From positions 179,242,001 through 179,306,000 of the forward strand of contig NC_042997.1 of NCBI RefSeq assembly GCF_006345805.1: a stretch of 64,000 bases of DNA, read 5' to 3'. Shown here one piece after another: positions 39,855-53,260 of the stretch. The notes under the pieces are model-generated. The model ran no database searches. It was not told the DNA's origin and worked only from the letters and a program-made list of their open reading frames with translations. Origin of the DNA: Octopus sinensis (taxonomy: Eukaryota). Position numbers and translations under genes: made by a program. How positions within the stretch are numbered: the first letter of the stretch is position 1; the number at the start of each line of letters is the position of its first letter.

Positions 39855-40976
39855 TAATATTGTGTTCGGGTATGCATCATGTGGTATGCCATTTAAAACC
39901 AGCCCGCTGGCAGTATTCGGCTACATAATGTCATCAACAGTATGAAGGTATACGGCACTAGATATACTTTAGGAATTCGTTTGTGTCACTCAAGTTTATG
40001 AACATATGCGAGACAGAAAATGGAACTCACTAGAACTGTCAACCCATCGGATACCGTACCTCGCTGGTGAGATGCTGATGCACGTTTCTTATTTGCCGTT
40101 TTCCTTATTTCTCTTTCAATATATTTTAGTTGTCGAAACGATCGTAGTGAATAAAGCGCATCGTGGATTCCATTTTCTTTTTCTCTCTCTCTTTCATACA
40201 TCTATATATATATGTGTGAGTGTATGCTTGTGTGTGTGTATGTATGTCTCTATATATGTTTGTATGTATGTATGTATGTATTTATGTATTATGTACGTAT
40301 GTATGTATGTAGGTACGTGTGTGTGTATTTGCTGTTAAAGCATAGCAGAATTTATTGACCCTTGCAGGGAGAGTAGGAAGCAGGAGTAAACAATGAAATA
40401 CCCACCCACTTCATAGAAAAGAGAAAAAAAATCAAATTAATTCCAACTTACTTGGAAAGTCAGGAAATGAAAACATACCAATCTCGTAAATGTTAAGTTC
40501 AGCTTACCTAAGAATACAGAAGAAAAGAAAAAAAATAATTACATGTGTGGAACGAGAAATAAGTGAATTTAATGTCGAACACTATTAGATCGAGAATATT
40601 TTGGTTTTTTATCTGCGCTAGAAATCTTTATATAAATCGGGATTATATAATAGACTTTGTTAATCATGTTAAACATATCGATATAATGGTATTTTATGAC
40701 AATAGCCATCTGAAATTATTGTTGACCTTTTAAAATATACTTTCTTTCCCATTGTGATAAACAAATATTTTCCTTTTAGTGAATAATAAAAGAAGAATTT
40801 TGGCAATAACGTCGGATTCTTTCACACATGGAATCATTCAAGCACACATACAGGCATATGCAACCATCATATCTATCTATCTATCTATCTATCTATATGT
40901 ATGTAAATATATTCATACACACATGTATATATATGTATGTATGTACATATACATATATATTTACACACACACACAC

Positions 40977-41017
<41 letters not shown>

Positions 41018-41240
41018 TATATAATGTATACATAAATATATACATATATATATATATATATATGAGTGTGTGTGTGATATTATTTTAGTCCCAGTCATTG
41101 AGCTGCATACATGCTGAGGCCAAACTGTGTAGAATTTTGGTGGAACGAAATGACACCAGTACTGCTTTGCAGCTTGACATTTATTATATCGTTCGCGTTT
41201 GCTGAACCTGTACAATAAGAGAAGACATACAGGCAGAAAG

Positions 41241-41295
<55 letters not shown>

Positions 41296-41310
41296 CCCAT
41301 ATATACATAC

Positions 41311-41348
<38 letters not shown>

Positions 41349-41391
41349 TAGTGTAGATGTGTATATATATATACTCATATATATGTATATA

Positions 41392-42219
41392 CAGGATGTC
41401 CCAAAACAATGTATACACACTTTAGCAGCTGATAACTCAATTGATATTTTTCCTTTCCAAATGAAACCTATAGGATTTAATGATGGCAGTCAGATTAAGC
41501 TTTGAACAAAGAAAATTCATTCTAAAATGATACTGGAAGTGTGAAAATGCAGTTGAAGTGCAAAAACAGTTGGGGAGGGAGTTTCAAACAGATCCACCAA
41601 TGCAACTCCCTATCACTTGAATTTGAGATAAGTTTGAAGCTGATGGAACTGTTCAGAATGTTCACGATAAGCATTCCAGAAGACCCCGAACATCAACAAC
41701 CCCAACAAAGCAAGGAGTACTGGAAATGAATCATTAAAGTCCAAGAAAATCTGTGCGGCAAAGCGAGTCATGAGGTGGGTATTCCAAAATCATCTGTCCA
41801 ATACATTTTGAAGCATTGTCAATGGAAAAGTTACATTCCAAGATTAGTCCATGATATTAATGATGATGATGATCCAGACGAAAGAGTGCAGCATTGCGAG
41901 TGGTACTTGGAACGATGTGTAGAAGCTGCACACTTTCCAACAAAGATTGTGTGGAGTGATGAAGCCACATTCAAATTAAATGGTTCAATTAACTGCCACA
42001 ATTGCAGGGGTCCTGAGAATCTGCATGTTACGGTGAAACACCATGTTAATTTGATATTTGTGTGGTGTGGTTTATCATCAAGAGGATTAATTGGACCATT
42101 CTTTTGTTATGCTACTGTGACTGGTCCCGTTTACTTGAACTTGTTGCAACAGTCTGTTATGCCAAGCATTAGAGAAGACTTTGAAGATGAGGAGTTTGAT
42201 TTTCAGCAAGATGGGGCAG
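41392..42219 (+). mobile_element. Tc1/mariner transposon 5' half, motif pattern closest to DD41D (rosa/Visitor); pseudogenised
   Basis: TA|CAGGATGTCCCAAAA TIR. Transposase from 41480 with in-frame stops; [42 protein letters not shown]. Truncated by a (TG)n tract before the third D. Confidence 0.93.
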
Positions 42220-42242
42220 GATGCATGAGTGCGTGTGTGCTT

Positions 42243-42285
<43 letters not shown>

Positions 42286-42542
42286 TATATACCGGAGAGG
42301 TAATTTTGCAACAAATACTTTGTTTTACAAGGTTTGTGGAGCATGTCAATGTGGCAAAGAGGTATAATGAATTCTTGTGCAGCAGTTATGGAGCCAAATA
42401 TCGGCACGACTTTTGTTGATTCCAATAAGTGGTGACCAATACCAGATACTAAAAGTCACACATTATACGTTTATCTATAGTGACATACGTATATGCTTGT
42501 CTGTATGTATATAAGAATGAATGTATGTATGGATAGATTGAC

Positions 42543-42586
<44 letters not shown>

Positions 42587-44029
42587 TTATTTATTTACTG
42601 AATTAAACTTAAACATTCCAAACACTCGTTGTTACTTAGATTTGAATGTAAACATATATCTCTATACTACTGACAAGCAGCATAGAGAAAACGTAGTGAG
42701 TCTTCTCATGGATATTTTCGCAATTGCTGGTATTCTCTTCAGGATTACATACCCAATATCTTTCTCTAATTAACAGCATGGAACGGCCAATATATGAAGC
42801 AGTAAAAGATTAAGCTAACGCCGTATTGCACAACTTATTTTTACTCATGACCTACGTCAGTAAATGAGCGGTTCAATCTATGTTTTAAGCAATACTGTAT
42901 AAATTCAACTCCCATTGTTTTTAATAGACGTATTCCAACCCCTTTCCCCACATTTTTGATGGGAGGAAAAAAAGAAGGAGGAATATCCCGATGTAGAGTT
43001 TCACGGTTTGTTAAATATTCTTCTAAGCAAAAATATAAGATATGGTCGTTGTAACATTAGTGTTGAAGAGCATGTGCTGAGGTAAGAAACATGGCAAATT
43101 CTAGTTACGAAAAAACGTGGGAAACACGAAAATCAAAGAGAAAATAGATTCAGGTTTCTACTGAAAAGAAATTTTCAAATGAATACTTTCATTTACGATT
43201 GTTAATTAGTATGTGGTTTTGACGTTGTTAATTTAATATGTCCCGATGTCCTTTATAGTCAGCTAAATGCTATGCTTTGCGAAAAAATATTGACCATGTA
43301 TCTAATTAGACGCCCGCTATAGAAAGATTCCTTTATTGTACCGCTACATTGATTTTCATAAAGTAGAAGTAACAGAAAAAGAAGCAACCATTTGTTTACA
43401 TCAAACGGGAAATCCATCCTGTATCTTCAGGATAATTAATGATAATTCAAACCAGTAAAAGAAGAGAAAACAAAAATTTAAATATTCAAGCAACTACTAT
43501 ACGTATTTAGTTTTTATTAATTTGTTATCCGTGTTCCAATAATTAAAATATTCTGTAAAACTAGTTAACTACAGGCGCTGGATCCGATCTAAAGGCAACT
43601 AAATCATTATTTCGCCATTTTTTCCCTTTTTAATGCAAGGAGCTATTCCCTTATTACTTCCTTAATTTTGCTACATACAGCAGCATATTATCACGATGTT
43701 TCTCAACCGGACGTGGTAAACTGAATATTTGAATTCACTGAGTTGTTAGTAAGATGCAGCGACGACTGTAATTAAAATATATTTGTTAATTACTCAACAG
43801 TTATAAGGACGTCTTTATTTGCTTTCAAGCGAAGCCAAGACTAATTTAGATCTCTCAAAATTAATGGTAATTCAAAATAGGTCAATTGAAATCTGATGAG
43901 ATTCTATGTATACGAACGCAAAGTTTAAGGTCAGATCATTTCTTTATTTGAAGAGAATTCTTTTCATGTGCAAGCATTTGCATTCACAAATTTATATATG
44001 GATTAGAATATTCTGTTTGCCGATGTCAT

Positions 44030-44510
44030 AGCATGAAGTCGTACTGCATCGTGGCGGGCCTTTGTTTTGCACTGTGTCGATTTGTTCTTCGACATCTACG
44101 ATGGCTGAAACGAAGTAGCAGCGTGCTTCCGTGAAATTCTGATTTTTGCTGGGAAAAACTTATCTTGGAGGATAGTCACCGAAAAATTGACGAACTTGTT
44201 GACATGACTGGTGTGTCCTGGAGCTCCTGCCAACGAATTTTGAGCGAGGAATTGCTAATGAAAAGAGTTGCAGCAAAATTTGTGCCTCGTTTGCTCTCGG
44301 AAGATCAAGAAGCAGTCACGACTACATACGTGACGTGAACTGAAAGAACAGTTATAAGTTGATCGGGACCTTTGTTCGAATGTCATCGCTGGTGCTACGA
44401 ATTGGGCAGATGTGGAAGCGGTGAAAAAAAAAAAAAAAAACACGGAGCCACTAAAAAGCATCGCTTCGCAAGAGTTCCAGGACTGCTTCGAAAAGTGGAA
44501 ATTGAGCGGG
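44030..44510 (+). mobile_element. Mariner remnant with multiple internal deletions
   Basis: MAETK*QRASVKF*FLLGKT; TGVSWSSCQRILSEELLMKRVAAKFVPRLLSEDQ; IASQEFQDCFEKWK. Confidence 0.9.
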
Positions 44511-44644
44511 TAAAATATTAGATATCAGCGTCGTAAGAAATCTAATGGATTCAGCTCAGGAGAGTGTTATAACTTCTATATACATGAACACACCTAAGTT
44601 AAAAGTCAAATTATAATGAATACATTCCGATAACATTATTGGTT

Positions 44645-44842
44645 TTACATTCTGATACAAAGCCAGCAATTTTTTGTGTGTGTGTGTTTGGGGTGGGGTG
44701 GAGTAAGTCGATTACACCGTCCGAATGTTCGACCCCGAAAAGTTGATAGGCAAAGTTGACCTCTGTGGAATTTGAAATTAAAACGTACGAAATGCCCTTA
44801 AGCATTTTGCCCAGCACGCTATATTTGTGTCAACCCACCGCT
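44645..44842 (-). mobile_element. SINE family A, diverged
   Basis: GGCAAAGTTGACCTC…GAATTTGAA…AAGCATTTTGCCCAGCACGCT. Confidence 0.85.
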
Positions 44843-45834
44843 TTAAATCAAGGGTATCATTATTGTGAAGTTATTGTGTAAAACAATTATATATTCCATT
44901 GGCACATTCATCATAAACTGCTTAAAAGAGTACTTTTACACCGGTTTGAAATCCCCATACTATTACTTAGAATATTACTGAGAAAATTTTCAATTTTATT
45001 GTGAATAATCTTATCTCATTTAGATGACAAAGACATCATTGTATCAATATATTTTGCAAAATATAAATTCCTACACACACACACACAGACATATATACAC
45101 ACACAAACACACTCACAAACACAACACACACTCATATACGCCTAAGTGTGCGCCTGGTTGCGGAGTTTCACATGTATTTCCACATATTTTGGCGTCAAAA
45201 TTGATGGGTAGCGTTACTGTGAAATCATACCACTGTATGTTATAGATCGAACAGTGAAAATTGGCGGATAAATATTCTTTATCTGTGGGTTGACCAGGCT
45301 ACCATTGGTTTCATGTTAGGAGAGATATGTCTCTTAACAATTACTAAACCTGTTGCCAAAGACGTTGGCTTTCGTCTCCATCCTCGATGAAAACACGAGA
45401 AAATCATAAGAAATCGCGCAAGGTTTTGGGGGTAAACAAATATTCATATGAAGGAGAACATCTGCCGAATTATTATCTCCCTAACATTAACTTTTTCTAT
45501 CTTTTTGGTATGTGCTTACACACATACCCACTGGTTCATGTAACCATGACTGCATTATGTATTTTTAGTATATGCACATAATAATTCGTATTTGCATATG
45601 CATCACATAGTTGCGGAGTTTCATAGGCTTTGCACATATTTTGGTGCATAATGTTACTTTGAAATCATAGGATTGCATATTTATGTCTGCGTATATATTT
45701 ATGCAGTTTGTATATATTCATTAATTTGTGTATAAGTTCATTCTATGAATCACGTACTGTCATACGAATAAGCACGGACAGACATGTGTATGCATGCATA
45801 CACATACGCAAATCTACCCACTCACACATTACAA

Positions 45835-46002
45835 ACATACTGGAGCACCGCCTTGATGTATTTTAGTTTAACTAGTCTTCCTTAGTACACATTTCTGTTT
45901 TAAAGATTGGTACTTAATATATCGGCTTCTTTTACCGTATTGCTTAGTTACAGAGCATTAAATACATCAACACCGGTTGGTAACACATACATGCACACAC
46001 AC

Positions 46003-46033
<31 letters not shown>

Positions 46034-46186
46034 TATATACATACGCATATACATACATACTAATATATATATACATATATGCACACGCACACGCGCACAC
46101 ACACACATAGGCGGAGGCGTAGCTGTGTTCTTAAAAGCTTGCTTCCCAGTCACATGCCTCCGGCTTCATTCCCACTGTGTGGCATC
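45835..46186. mobile_element. SINE C/D fragments (D tail minus 45835-45985; C head plus 46110-46186)
   Basis: CTGGAGCACCGCCTT and GGTACTTA motifs; GGCGGAGGCGTAGCTGTG…CCCACTGTGTGGCA head. Confidence 0.7.
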
Positions 46187-46960
46187 TATATATGTATGTA
46201 TGTATATATATTCGCATATACATATATGCGTATATGTGTTTATATACGTATATATACATACATATACACACACACATAAATTCATGACATACGTATGTAT
46301 GCAAGTTTGTATATGAAGTTTTGTTTGTATTTTCGTATGATTTGGTGAAGCTTGTTTTCGATAGTAAAGTAGTTTCTAAAAATTCATAATCAACATTTTT
46401 AGACCTTTGTATTCTCATCTTTAGGCGCCAAGTGTTGTTCTGCGTATTGATGCTTCTTTTCACAAAGTAGTTCTAATGTTATTGTTTAAAAATTACCCCC
46501 AGAATTTAAATCTAAGCCGCTTAGGTTCACACGATATCAACTACATGTTTAAGCTTCTTTCCGTATCTACTTAAGTATCTTTCGTGATATCAGCATCGTT
46601 TCGTTTTGTATTTTAATAGAGAAATTCTGCAATGTAAAGAGGTGTCTGCTAATCTATTCCTATGTAGCTAGGATTTTATGGCTTTGTGCATTTGTGTTGT
46701 CTTATGTTTGTACGTTGCACTTGGTCCCTGTCGTAAATGTATGATATGCCGAACGGAGTATGCGATAATTTTCGGATTGATATAATAATGACGCTTACAC
46801 CTTTCATGATATTTGACATAGGTATTTGGCAGGTATTTGATTTGCTATTGATAAAATGGTTTTAAATTTTTTATTCATGCAGTGTATAAATAGTAACTTT
46901 TTGCATTTTGATGTAATGCAATTTATGCATGTTTTATGAGGTTTTTAATAACGTGTTTAG

Positions 46961-47332
46961 TGGAGGCGCAATGGCCCAGTGGTTAGGGCAGCGGACTCGC
47001 GGTCGTAGGATCGCGGTTTCGATTCCCAGACCGGGCGTTGTGAGTGTTTATGGAGCGAAAACACCTAAAGCTCCACGAGGCTCCGGCAGGGGATGGTGGT
47101 GATCCCTGCTGTACTCTTTCACCACAACTTTCTCTCACTCTTACTTCCTGTTTCTGTTGTACCTGTATTTCAAATTCTCTGTGTCGCGCTGAATATCACC
47201 GAGAACTACGTTAAGGGTACACGTGTCTGTGGAGTGCTCGGCCACTTACACGTTAATTTCACGAGCAAGCTGTTCCGTTGATTCGAATCAACCGGAACCC
47301 TCGTCGTCGTAACCGACGGAGTGCTTCTATCT
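46961..47332 (+). mobile_element. SINE family B, full length, flanked by a 72-bp direct repeat
   Basis: tRNA-like head with A box TGGCCCAGTGG and B-box-like GGTTTCGATTCC. Flanks 46888-46959 and 47333-47404 are 70/72 identical. Confidence 0.95.
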
Positions 47333-47882
47333 AAATAGTTACTTTTTGCATTTTGATGTAATGCATTTTATGCATGTTTTATGAGGTTTTTAATAACGTG
47401 TTTACTTTTTCTCTCGTCAGTAATTATTTGATTCACAAAATATTTTTTGCATGTGATTTCTATATTCACTGGGCATGCTGCATTAGCTGCACATATTTGC
47501 GTTTATTTAGTTCTGTGTTTTGATCTGTTAATTTCTTTATTACATTGCAGAAGAGTGGTATATAAATGCTTTTGAATTCGCGTTTGGAATCTGTGTGGTT
47601 GTTCGGTCTCATTAATTAAATCTATGCTTTTATTTTGCTTTTCCAGTAAAGAAGCGCGATATATCTGTTATTTTATATCTAAAGTTTTATGAATAAAAAT
47701 GAATTTATCCTATTGCTAGGTGTTATATCTGTATTGTTCTAAGAGTCGAGTGTTAGAAAAAAAGTTGCGTTAATGTTTTCTTGCTTTTTTGTTACCTATA
47801 TTCCGGGATGTCCAACTGGCAATTGTGTTATCTACTGTGTCCCACCGCCACAAGCACACAAGAAGATAGATAAATAGATAGG

Positions 47883-48135
47883 ACAGCTTTTATTACAAAA
47901 TCACTACAATTGTTTCAACACAACCATTATCAGCTGTTAATGTCTGAACGTTACATGAAATATAAGCAATATTGTACTAATATCTTTCAAAAATGCCTGT
48001 CTACGTGCGTATCCTCGGGTGATTAGTGTCAAAAACATGGCTGAGCAATATTGCTTATGATTTATAGAGCATTCAACAATTAACAGCTGATAATTATGCC
48101 TTGAAACAATTATAGTGATTTGTGATAAAGCCTGT
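47883..48135. mobile_element. Imperfect inverted-repeat element (about 65-bp arms)
   Basis: 47883-47949 vs reverse complement of 48071-48135 (ATCACTA.AATTGTTTCAA…ATTATCAGCTGTTAAT). Confidence 0.75.
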
Positions 48136-48234
48136 GAAATCCATCTCTACGCATTAAAGTGTGTAAACATACATACATACATAGTCATTTCAAATAAACA
48201 AACGATTGAAATAAATGAATAAAATAACGAACGA

Positions 48235-48370
48235 GAGGACGTGCACAAGAAATGTATTAAGTTGACGCTCGGTGAAATCAAAGAGTTTGACGTTACGAGC
48301 ATAGCTCTTCATTCGAAAGGAGAGAGACAGAATTTCAAAGATGGGAAAGCAATCGCCAACAGCACACGTG
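48235..48370 (-). mobile_element. PLE-type terminal repeat with a decayed minimal hammerhead-like motif
   Basis: Minus strand CGAAUGA-A-GAGC-UAU-GCUC-GUAA-CGUC; homologous to 16405 and 58255. Confidence 0.5.
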
Positions 48371-50204
48371 TAGTTACATTGCTGTATATGTTGTATTTAG
48401 GCGATTAGTAGCTGCAGGTTTGTGTCCTGAGAACAGCCTCTTAAAAGCCCTAAGTGTTAAAAAACACTGAATACCTCCAACAAAGTGTTACTACTCGCCG
48501 CATGGGTGAATGAGAACGATAGATAATGATATTTAATTGATAATTCAGTTCACCATCGTCGAATACCCTAGTCACATCGGAACGAATTATTATAGCGCAA
48601 CTGATAATTCACAATTAAACAAATACATATTCGAATGTGTATGCGTGCGTGTCTATATGTATCTATGTGTGTGTATGTATGTATTTATGTATGTGGTAGA
48701 TAATGCCAAAATTGCCTATAGATATTCAAAATTATAAATATGAAAATATGTGAATTACAGTTACAGGTTGATAGCAGAGATAAATGAATACAAATTTGTT
48801 CTGTGATTATTTAATATAACTATATTTAACTTCTAACAACATATTATACTAACTGGAGAACCACTGCTAACCTTCAGTATCATGAATTCCTGAATTCTCC
48901 ATTCGATTCAGAATTCTAATACACACCTTTTATAAATGCACAATATTTCTCTTTTCTGTCAAAAGTCTTGATTCAGAGTGTGCATATTCGTATCAATGAT
49001 AACGCAATATTTCGTTTAATATTGTGTGCATGGCTATTTCCGAAGTATCAAACTATTGTGAACAAACTATTGAAAGTGTCGGTTAAGAAGTTGTACAAAT
49101 CATGTGTAAGAAGAGTGCAATTCATGTATAATTTATTATTGATGTGAGTCGGGGCGTGGATAAGAGAGAAGGAGGGAAGGGAAAGTCCGAGAAGACATTT
49201 AAAAGGATCCTTTTTTCTTTAGATAGAATATTTGAAAGGATCTTTTTTTAGATAGACAATAATTGTGGCTGGCAAAATATGACAAGAAAAGCGCTGAAAT
49301 CTTCACTTTCGTTTGCCTTGTTGCTATTTAGGTTCAACAGTGAACGTACAAATGTTACTTCAGTTATCATACGTGAAACAGACAGCAACAATAAATTCAT
49401 TCACTTTTCGCTTTGTCTCCTGTCTTTTTAAAGTGTCTTTCCACGTGACTTTCAGTGCCTGCCATAAGGAGATAAATACGCATGGCATTCACAGGGAGCA
49501 TTCAGTTATAAAGCTACCCACGAAGATAGAAATGGACAATAATACAGAACACAACTACAAGTGCACAGATAGGCACACGCAAACTGACACGCGCTCGAGC
49601 ACACACATAATGGCAAATGTGTATACAAATCATATTATGTGGCTATAAAAGAAAATATTTCTTTATGCAAAGGTTATTAGCATTGAACTAGATAATTAGA
49701 AAGAGATGAGTACAGTATATAGTTCTATATCATGGACTAAAGCATGGATGGACACGACGAGGCAATGCTATACACAACAACATCGGTACATAATATCATT
49801 AAATATTTGTAGAATTCGTCTATGTATAACAATAACAGCTCTAGCTTTATGTGTACTGTTTGTAATTTATTCCATTTAATATGCATATATCTCACATATA
49901 TGTATATATATATATATGTGTGTGTGTGTTTGTGTGTGATTGCGCACGCGCATGTATGTGTGTGTGAGTAAGCATGCGCACAAGTGGATATGGAGGTATA
50001 TGCATTAATATATATTTTTACTTCATACTTCATACACAGACACACACACACATTCACATATAGATAGATAGGCAGGTAGATATGTTTATTTATTAGCCTC
50101 ACATGGCTGAACACAGACGGGACAAATTACAAAGTAGAGCTTTTCTTTGGGAGGAGAAAAAAGGGTGATTAGGTTTTCGATCAAAAGGGATCGTAAAAAA
50201 ATAT

Positions 50205-50289
50205 ATAGATAGATGGATAGGTAGATAGATAAATAGATAGATAGATAGATAGATGAGTAGATAGATAGCTAAGTAGATAGATAGCTAAG

Positions 50290-50362
<73 letters not shown>

Positions 50363-50365
50363 GAA
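50205..50365. repeat. (GATA)n microsatellite
   Basis: Direct periodicity. Confidence 0.97.
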
Positions 50366-50597
50366 TGCATGTATGTATATGCGCTTGAGTGTATGCGTAT
50401 GTGTGAATATGTCTGCTTGTACGGTCACGATGCCACAGAAACATGCATACATACATATATCAAAGACAAATATGAAAAACATGATAAGTTTTAAAAGAAT
50501 ATGAATCATATTCCTTTTCTTCAGCTCTCCGAGTCTTCCCCTGTGAGATATTGTCCATGTTCTTATCATAACCACAGAATCCTTGCATCTTAATAGT

Positions 50598-50631
<34 letters not shown>

Positions 50632-50679
50632 CACGAAGTTTTATAATATTATTTTTTTTACTATTGCTACTACCAATTA

Positions 50680-51273
50680 TCTTTTGATGTTTTTGCTGCC
50701 TCAGCAGCTACTGTACATGTTGGTGTTGTTACTGTTGCTTGTATTATTAATTCTAGTATTTTATCTTGACATTTATGCACCTGTTGTTTTTGCTGCTTAT
50801 ATTTATCATTGTCGTCATCCTTCCCTTCTTCTTCCTCCTCGTCCTCAACACCGTCAACATTATTACCACCGTCGTCGTCGTCGTCGTCACCATCATTATC
50901 ATCGTGGTCATGATAGTGATGCGAAAAAATTCTTATTACTATCATCATATTATTATCATCATCGTTGTCATCACTATTCGTCTCCTCCTCATCTTCGATA
51001 TAAAAATCGATTTTATTTACCATAGACATACCAACTAATAATAGTACTTTTGACGAGAAGGTTTTAGAACATATCATCGTCACTATTACTCGAATACCAT
51101 TGTATTTATTCGAACTGCAAAGAATGGATTTCAAAGTAGCCGTGGGGTTAAAACCCAGGCGGTATTCAACCTTAAGGTACAATGAAAGGCATTTTGACCA
51201 CACCAATAATTCTGCCACTCCAATACTCCTACTGCTACAACAACAACAGCAACTACTACTACTAATAATAATA
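50680..51273. repeat. Degenerate trinucleotide low-complexity tract (TGT/TCG/TCA/CTA/CAA)
   Basis: Runs of (GTC)n, (ATC)n and (CAA)n. These explain the overlapping poly-D/H/V ORFs. Confidence 0.85.
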
Positions 51274-51495
51274 ATCATTTCTACTATAGGCACAACGCCT
51301 GAAATTTTGGGGGAGGGGGATGAGTCGATTACATCGACCCCAGTCCGGTGTTTCACTGGTACTTATTTTGCCGACCTCGAAAAGATGAAAGGCAAAGTCG
51401 ACCTCGGCGGAATTTGAACTCAGAACAAAGAGACAGGCGAAATACCGTTAAGCATTTCATCCAGCGTACTAATGACTCTGCCAGCACACCGCCTT
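51274..51495 (-). mobile_element. SINE family A, full length
   Basis: CTGGTACTTATTTTGCCGACC…GGCAAAGTCGACCTCGGCGGAATTTGAACTCAGAAC. Confidence 0.93.
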
Positions 51496-51520
51496 AACAA
51501 CAACAACAACAACAACAACA

Positions 51521-52310
51521 ATAAGTGCCGATACCGCAACGAAGGGATTGAATCAGTGGACCACCTAATCTCTGTGTGTAAGGTTTTAGCACCTGTAGAA
51601 AGCCAATCAAAACATGACAGAGTTGCCTGATATCTACATTGTATAATGTGTCACCATTATTAGATTAAAAATGGTACAAGCACCACCCTGAAGCTGTAAC
51701 TGAGGGAGAAAAGGTAGCGATTCTTTGGGACTTTCCAGGATGTACAGACAGTAGCATCAAAGCAGATAAACCAGATATTGTTGTAAAAGACCAAAGCAAT
51801 AAAGTCTGTTTACTGATTAATATGAGGATACCCTGTGACCATAATATCTCGGCGAAAACATTATATAAGTTCAGTAAATATAAAGATTTGTTAATCGAAA
51901 TCGAAAATATGTGGCATCTCAAGACGTTTACAATACTAGTGAGTGTAAGAGCACTTGGAATTATCAAAAAAGCAGCTGAAAATTATTTTTAAATGATCCC
52001 TGGCAAGAAGTGCAAAAGGCTGTCTTAACTGATACGTCACACGTACTGAGAAAAGTATTCTCGCTCTGAATTATCTTTCCCTTCTTCCTCTTTAATTTCT
52101 GTTTTTTTTTTTCCTTTTTTTTTCTGTCGTCCTTCCCCTTTTTATCTCTGTCGTTTTCCCCCCTTTTCTTTATCGTATGACTTTGTAAATGAATAATCTG
52201 GTGTGTTTATATTAATGGCCTACAAAGGTATACAATGCGTTTCTCTGCTCTAGGGGTCAGGAAGTCACTCGGCAAGAAATGGAAACAGAATTGAAAGATG
52301 TTAATGAAAA
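51521..52310 (+). mobile_element. R4/Dong-clade retrotransposon 3' remnant (zinc knuckle, restriction-like endonuclease, 3' UTR)
   Basis: KCRYRNEGIESVDHLISVC (CCHC-like)…HDRVA…WYKHHPEAV…ILWDF…KPDIVVKD…KYKDL…MW…ALG…SHVLRKVFSL*; ends in (TAA)n. Confidence 0.9.
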
Positions 52311-52329
52311 TGATAATAATAGCAATAAA

Positions 52330-52545
52330 GTCTTTTAGATAAATACATAACCAAAACATCAGCACTTACAAGTGCATATAACATACAGAAGATAGGATTA
52401 CTAGGCACCGCACATATCCTACGTAAAGCACTTTCAATAGAGTGAAAGTAAGAACACAACAACAAACTGCAGTACAAACCAAATGAACACAGAGCAACGC
52501 TCGGTAGTGCAGTGAAAGCACGTCATAAAAATAGAACTACTGAAT
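52330..52545 (+). mobile_element. Second R4/Dong subfamily 3' end
   Basis: NIQKIGLLGTAHILRKALSIE* plus a distinct 3' UTR, followed by (TAA)n/(TAC)n. Confidence 0.8.
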
Positions 52546-52586
52546 AATAATAATAATAATATTAATACTACTACTACTACTAATAA

Positions 52587-52680
<94 letters not shown>

Positions 52681-52955
52681 GATTATCTTAACTGGTACGT
52701 CACACGTAATGAGAAGAGCGTTGTCGCTGTAAATTTTCTCTCCTCTCCACTTTATTTGTTAGAGGTTTATTTTTTATTTTTTTCCAATTCTCTTCTGTCT
52801 TCCCCCTTCTCTCTATAAAGAGACTTTGTAAGTGAACAATCTGGTGTGTTTATTTTAATGGCCTATCAATGTAAACAGTACGTTTCTCTGCCCTAATTGT
52901 CAGGAAGACGTTCGGCAAGAAATGGAAACAGAATTGAAAGAAGATGCAAATGAAA
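52681..52955 (+). mobile_element. R4/Dong 3' end, same subfamily as 51521-52310
   Basis: TCTTAACTG.TACGTCACACGTA and GGCAAGAAATGGAAACAGAATTGAAAGA shared with 52023-52300; (TAA)n on both sides. Confidence 0.85.
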
Positions 52956-53027
52956 ATAATAATAATAATAATAATGATAATAATAATAATGATACTGCTA
53001 CTACTACTACTACTACTAATAATAATA

Positions 53028-53184
53028 ATCCTTTCTACCAAAGGTACAAGGCCTGAAATTTTCAGGGGACGGGACTAGTCGATTAGATTGACCCCCAGTG
53101 TCGACTTTGACGGAATTTGAACTCAGAGGACGAAATGTCGCTAACCATTTTGCCCGGGTGCCAACAATTCCACTTGCTCACCGC
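53028..53184 (-). mobile_element. SINE family A with central deletion
   Basis: Tail and head present; CCCCAGT joined directly to GTCGACTT. Confidence 0.85.
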
Positions 53185-53199
53185 GACAATATTAATAAT

Positions 53200-53237
<38 letters not shown>

Positions 53238-53260
53238 TAATAATAATAATAATAATAATA

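Noticed and set aside
45157-45675. About 70-bp diverged direct repeat (GTTGCGGAGTTTCA…CACATATTTTGG)
   Set aside because: Real but short and old; no element structure or TSD logic could be assigned.
46964-47035. tRNA-like sequence (also at 39780-39854, 56801, 63884, 32919, 33900)
   Set aside because: It continues into long shared SINE bodies and no complete cloverleaf or acceptor stem can be drawn; these are SINE heads, not tRNA genes.
50670-51417. Overlapping 90-228 aa ORFs with poly-D/E/H/V tracts
   Set aside because: Explained by trinucleotide repeats and a SINE; open in several frames on both strands.
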